Positions 44,754 through 44,958 of a stretch of 44,958 bases of DNA are shown here, piece by piece (the stretch's first letter is position 1; each line of letters begins with the position of its first letter). The notes beneath the pieces were generated by a model. That model was given only the letters and a program-made list of their open reading frames with translations, was not told where the DNA came from and searched no databases. Source of the DNA: Thermoanaerobaculia bacterium. GTDB lineage: Bacteria > Acidobacteriota > Thermoanaerobaculia > Multivoradales > UBA5704. The stretch covers positions 1 to 44,958 of the forward strand of contig JBGAGQ010000056.1 of the NCBI GenBank assembly GCA_044226625.1. The letters run 5' to 3'. The translations under genes were made by a program, and so were the position numbers.

Positions 44754-44790
44754 AAAAAAAAGACCCCCTCCCGTTTCCGGAAAGGGGCCT
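44754..44790 (-). terminator. Probable intrinsic terminator of the last gene
   Basis: An A8 run next to the imperfect hairpin cccctccc...ggaaagggg, which is a hairpin followed by a T tract on the minus strand. Confidence 0.55.
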
Positions 44791-44827
44791 TCGCTTTACA
44801 AGACGACTCGTACGGCTTCGGTCTGCG

Positions 44828-44958
44828 TTACGGCGTGCAGGCCGTGACCGTCACGTTGTCGAGGAACCAGCCGTCTCCAGTCGTCGAGCAGTCGGAGATC
44901 GTGGTGAACGCGATACGAACGCTCTGGCCGGCGCAGCCGCCGGTGCCGCCCGTGGCCG
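44828..44958 (-). CDS. C-terminal fragment of a probable secreted protein (beta-sandwich ending GWFLDNV)
   Basis: The minus strand reads ...GGCAGQSVRIAFTTISDCSTTGDGWFLDNVTVTACTP*, similar to the ends of immune-inhibitor-A/MAM-like domains. The gene runs off the window. Confidence 0.7.
   Translation of the reverse strand, partial: ATGGTGGCAGQSVRIAFTTISDCSTTGDGWFLDNVTVTACTP

Overview
High-GC (roughly 70% by eye) bacterial window. The gene content (ADOP permease, IPTL-CTERM and CSLREA proteins, zinc-finger/TPR proteins) suggests Acidobacteriota, probably Thermoanaerobaculia; this is an inference. In order, it contains: a membrane-protein gene with an in-frame TGA, a secreted Ig-repeat protein, an isocitrate-dehydrogenase-family gene, a molybdopterin oxidoreductase, and rarA flanked by two toxin-less antitoxins. 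Next is a storage-granule locus (two ArsA/Get3-like ATPases, phaR, two phasins, a patatin and an odd P-loop protein) with three matching 15-bp operator-like dyads and no PHA synthase in the window. This is followed by an AT-rich periodic element with 52-bp perfect inverted ends, an ADOP permease and a TetR-controlled ABC exporter. The second half has a small secreted 'DPxG' peptide next to a zinc-finger/TPR protein, a cluster of secreted enzymes and surface proteins, a cusCBA operon with a Cys-rich leader ORF, a second zinc-finger/TPR plus HTH module, and a 21-bp repeat array that switches orientation midway. The best candidates for new biology are the twice-occurring TPR plus HTH module with its peptide, the Get3-like pair apparently within a PhaR regulon, and the two self-inverted ~21-bp periodic arrays. 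No rRNA, tRNA, CRISPR array or transposase was seen. All calls were made by eye and no database searches were run.
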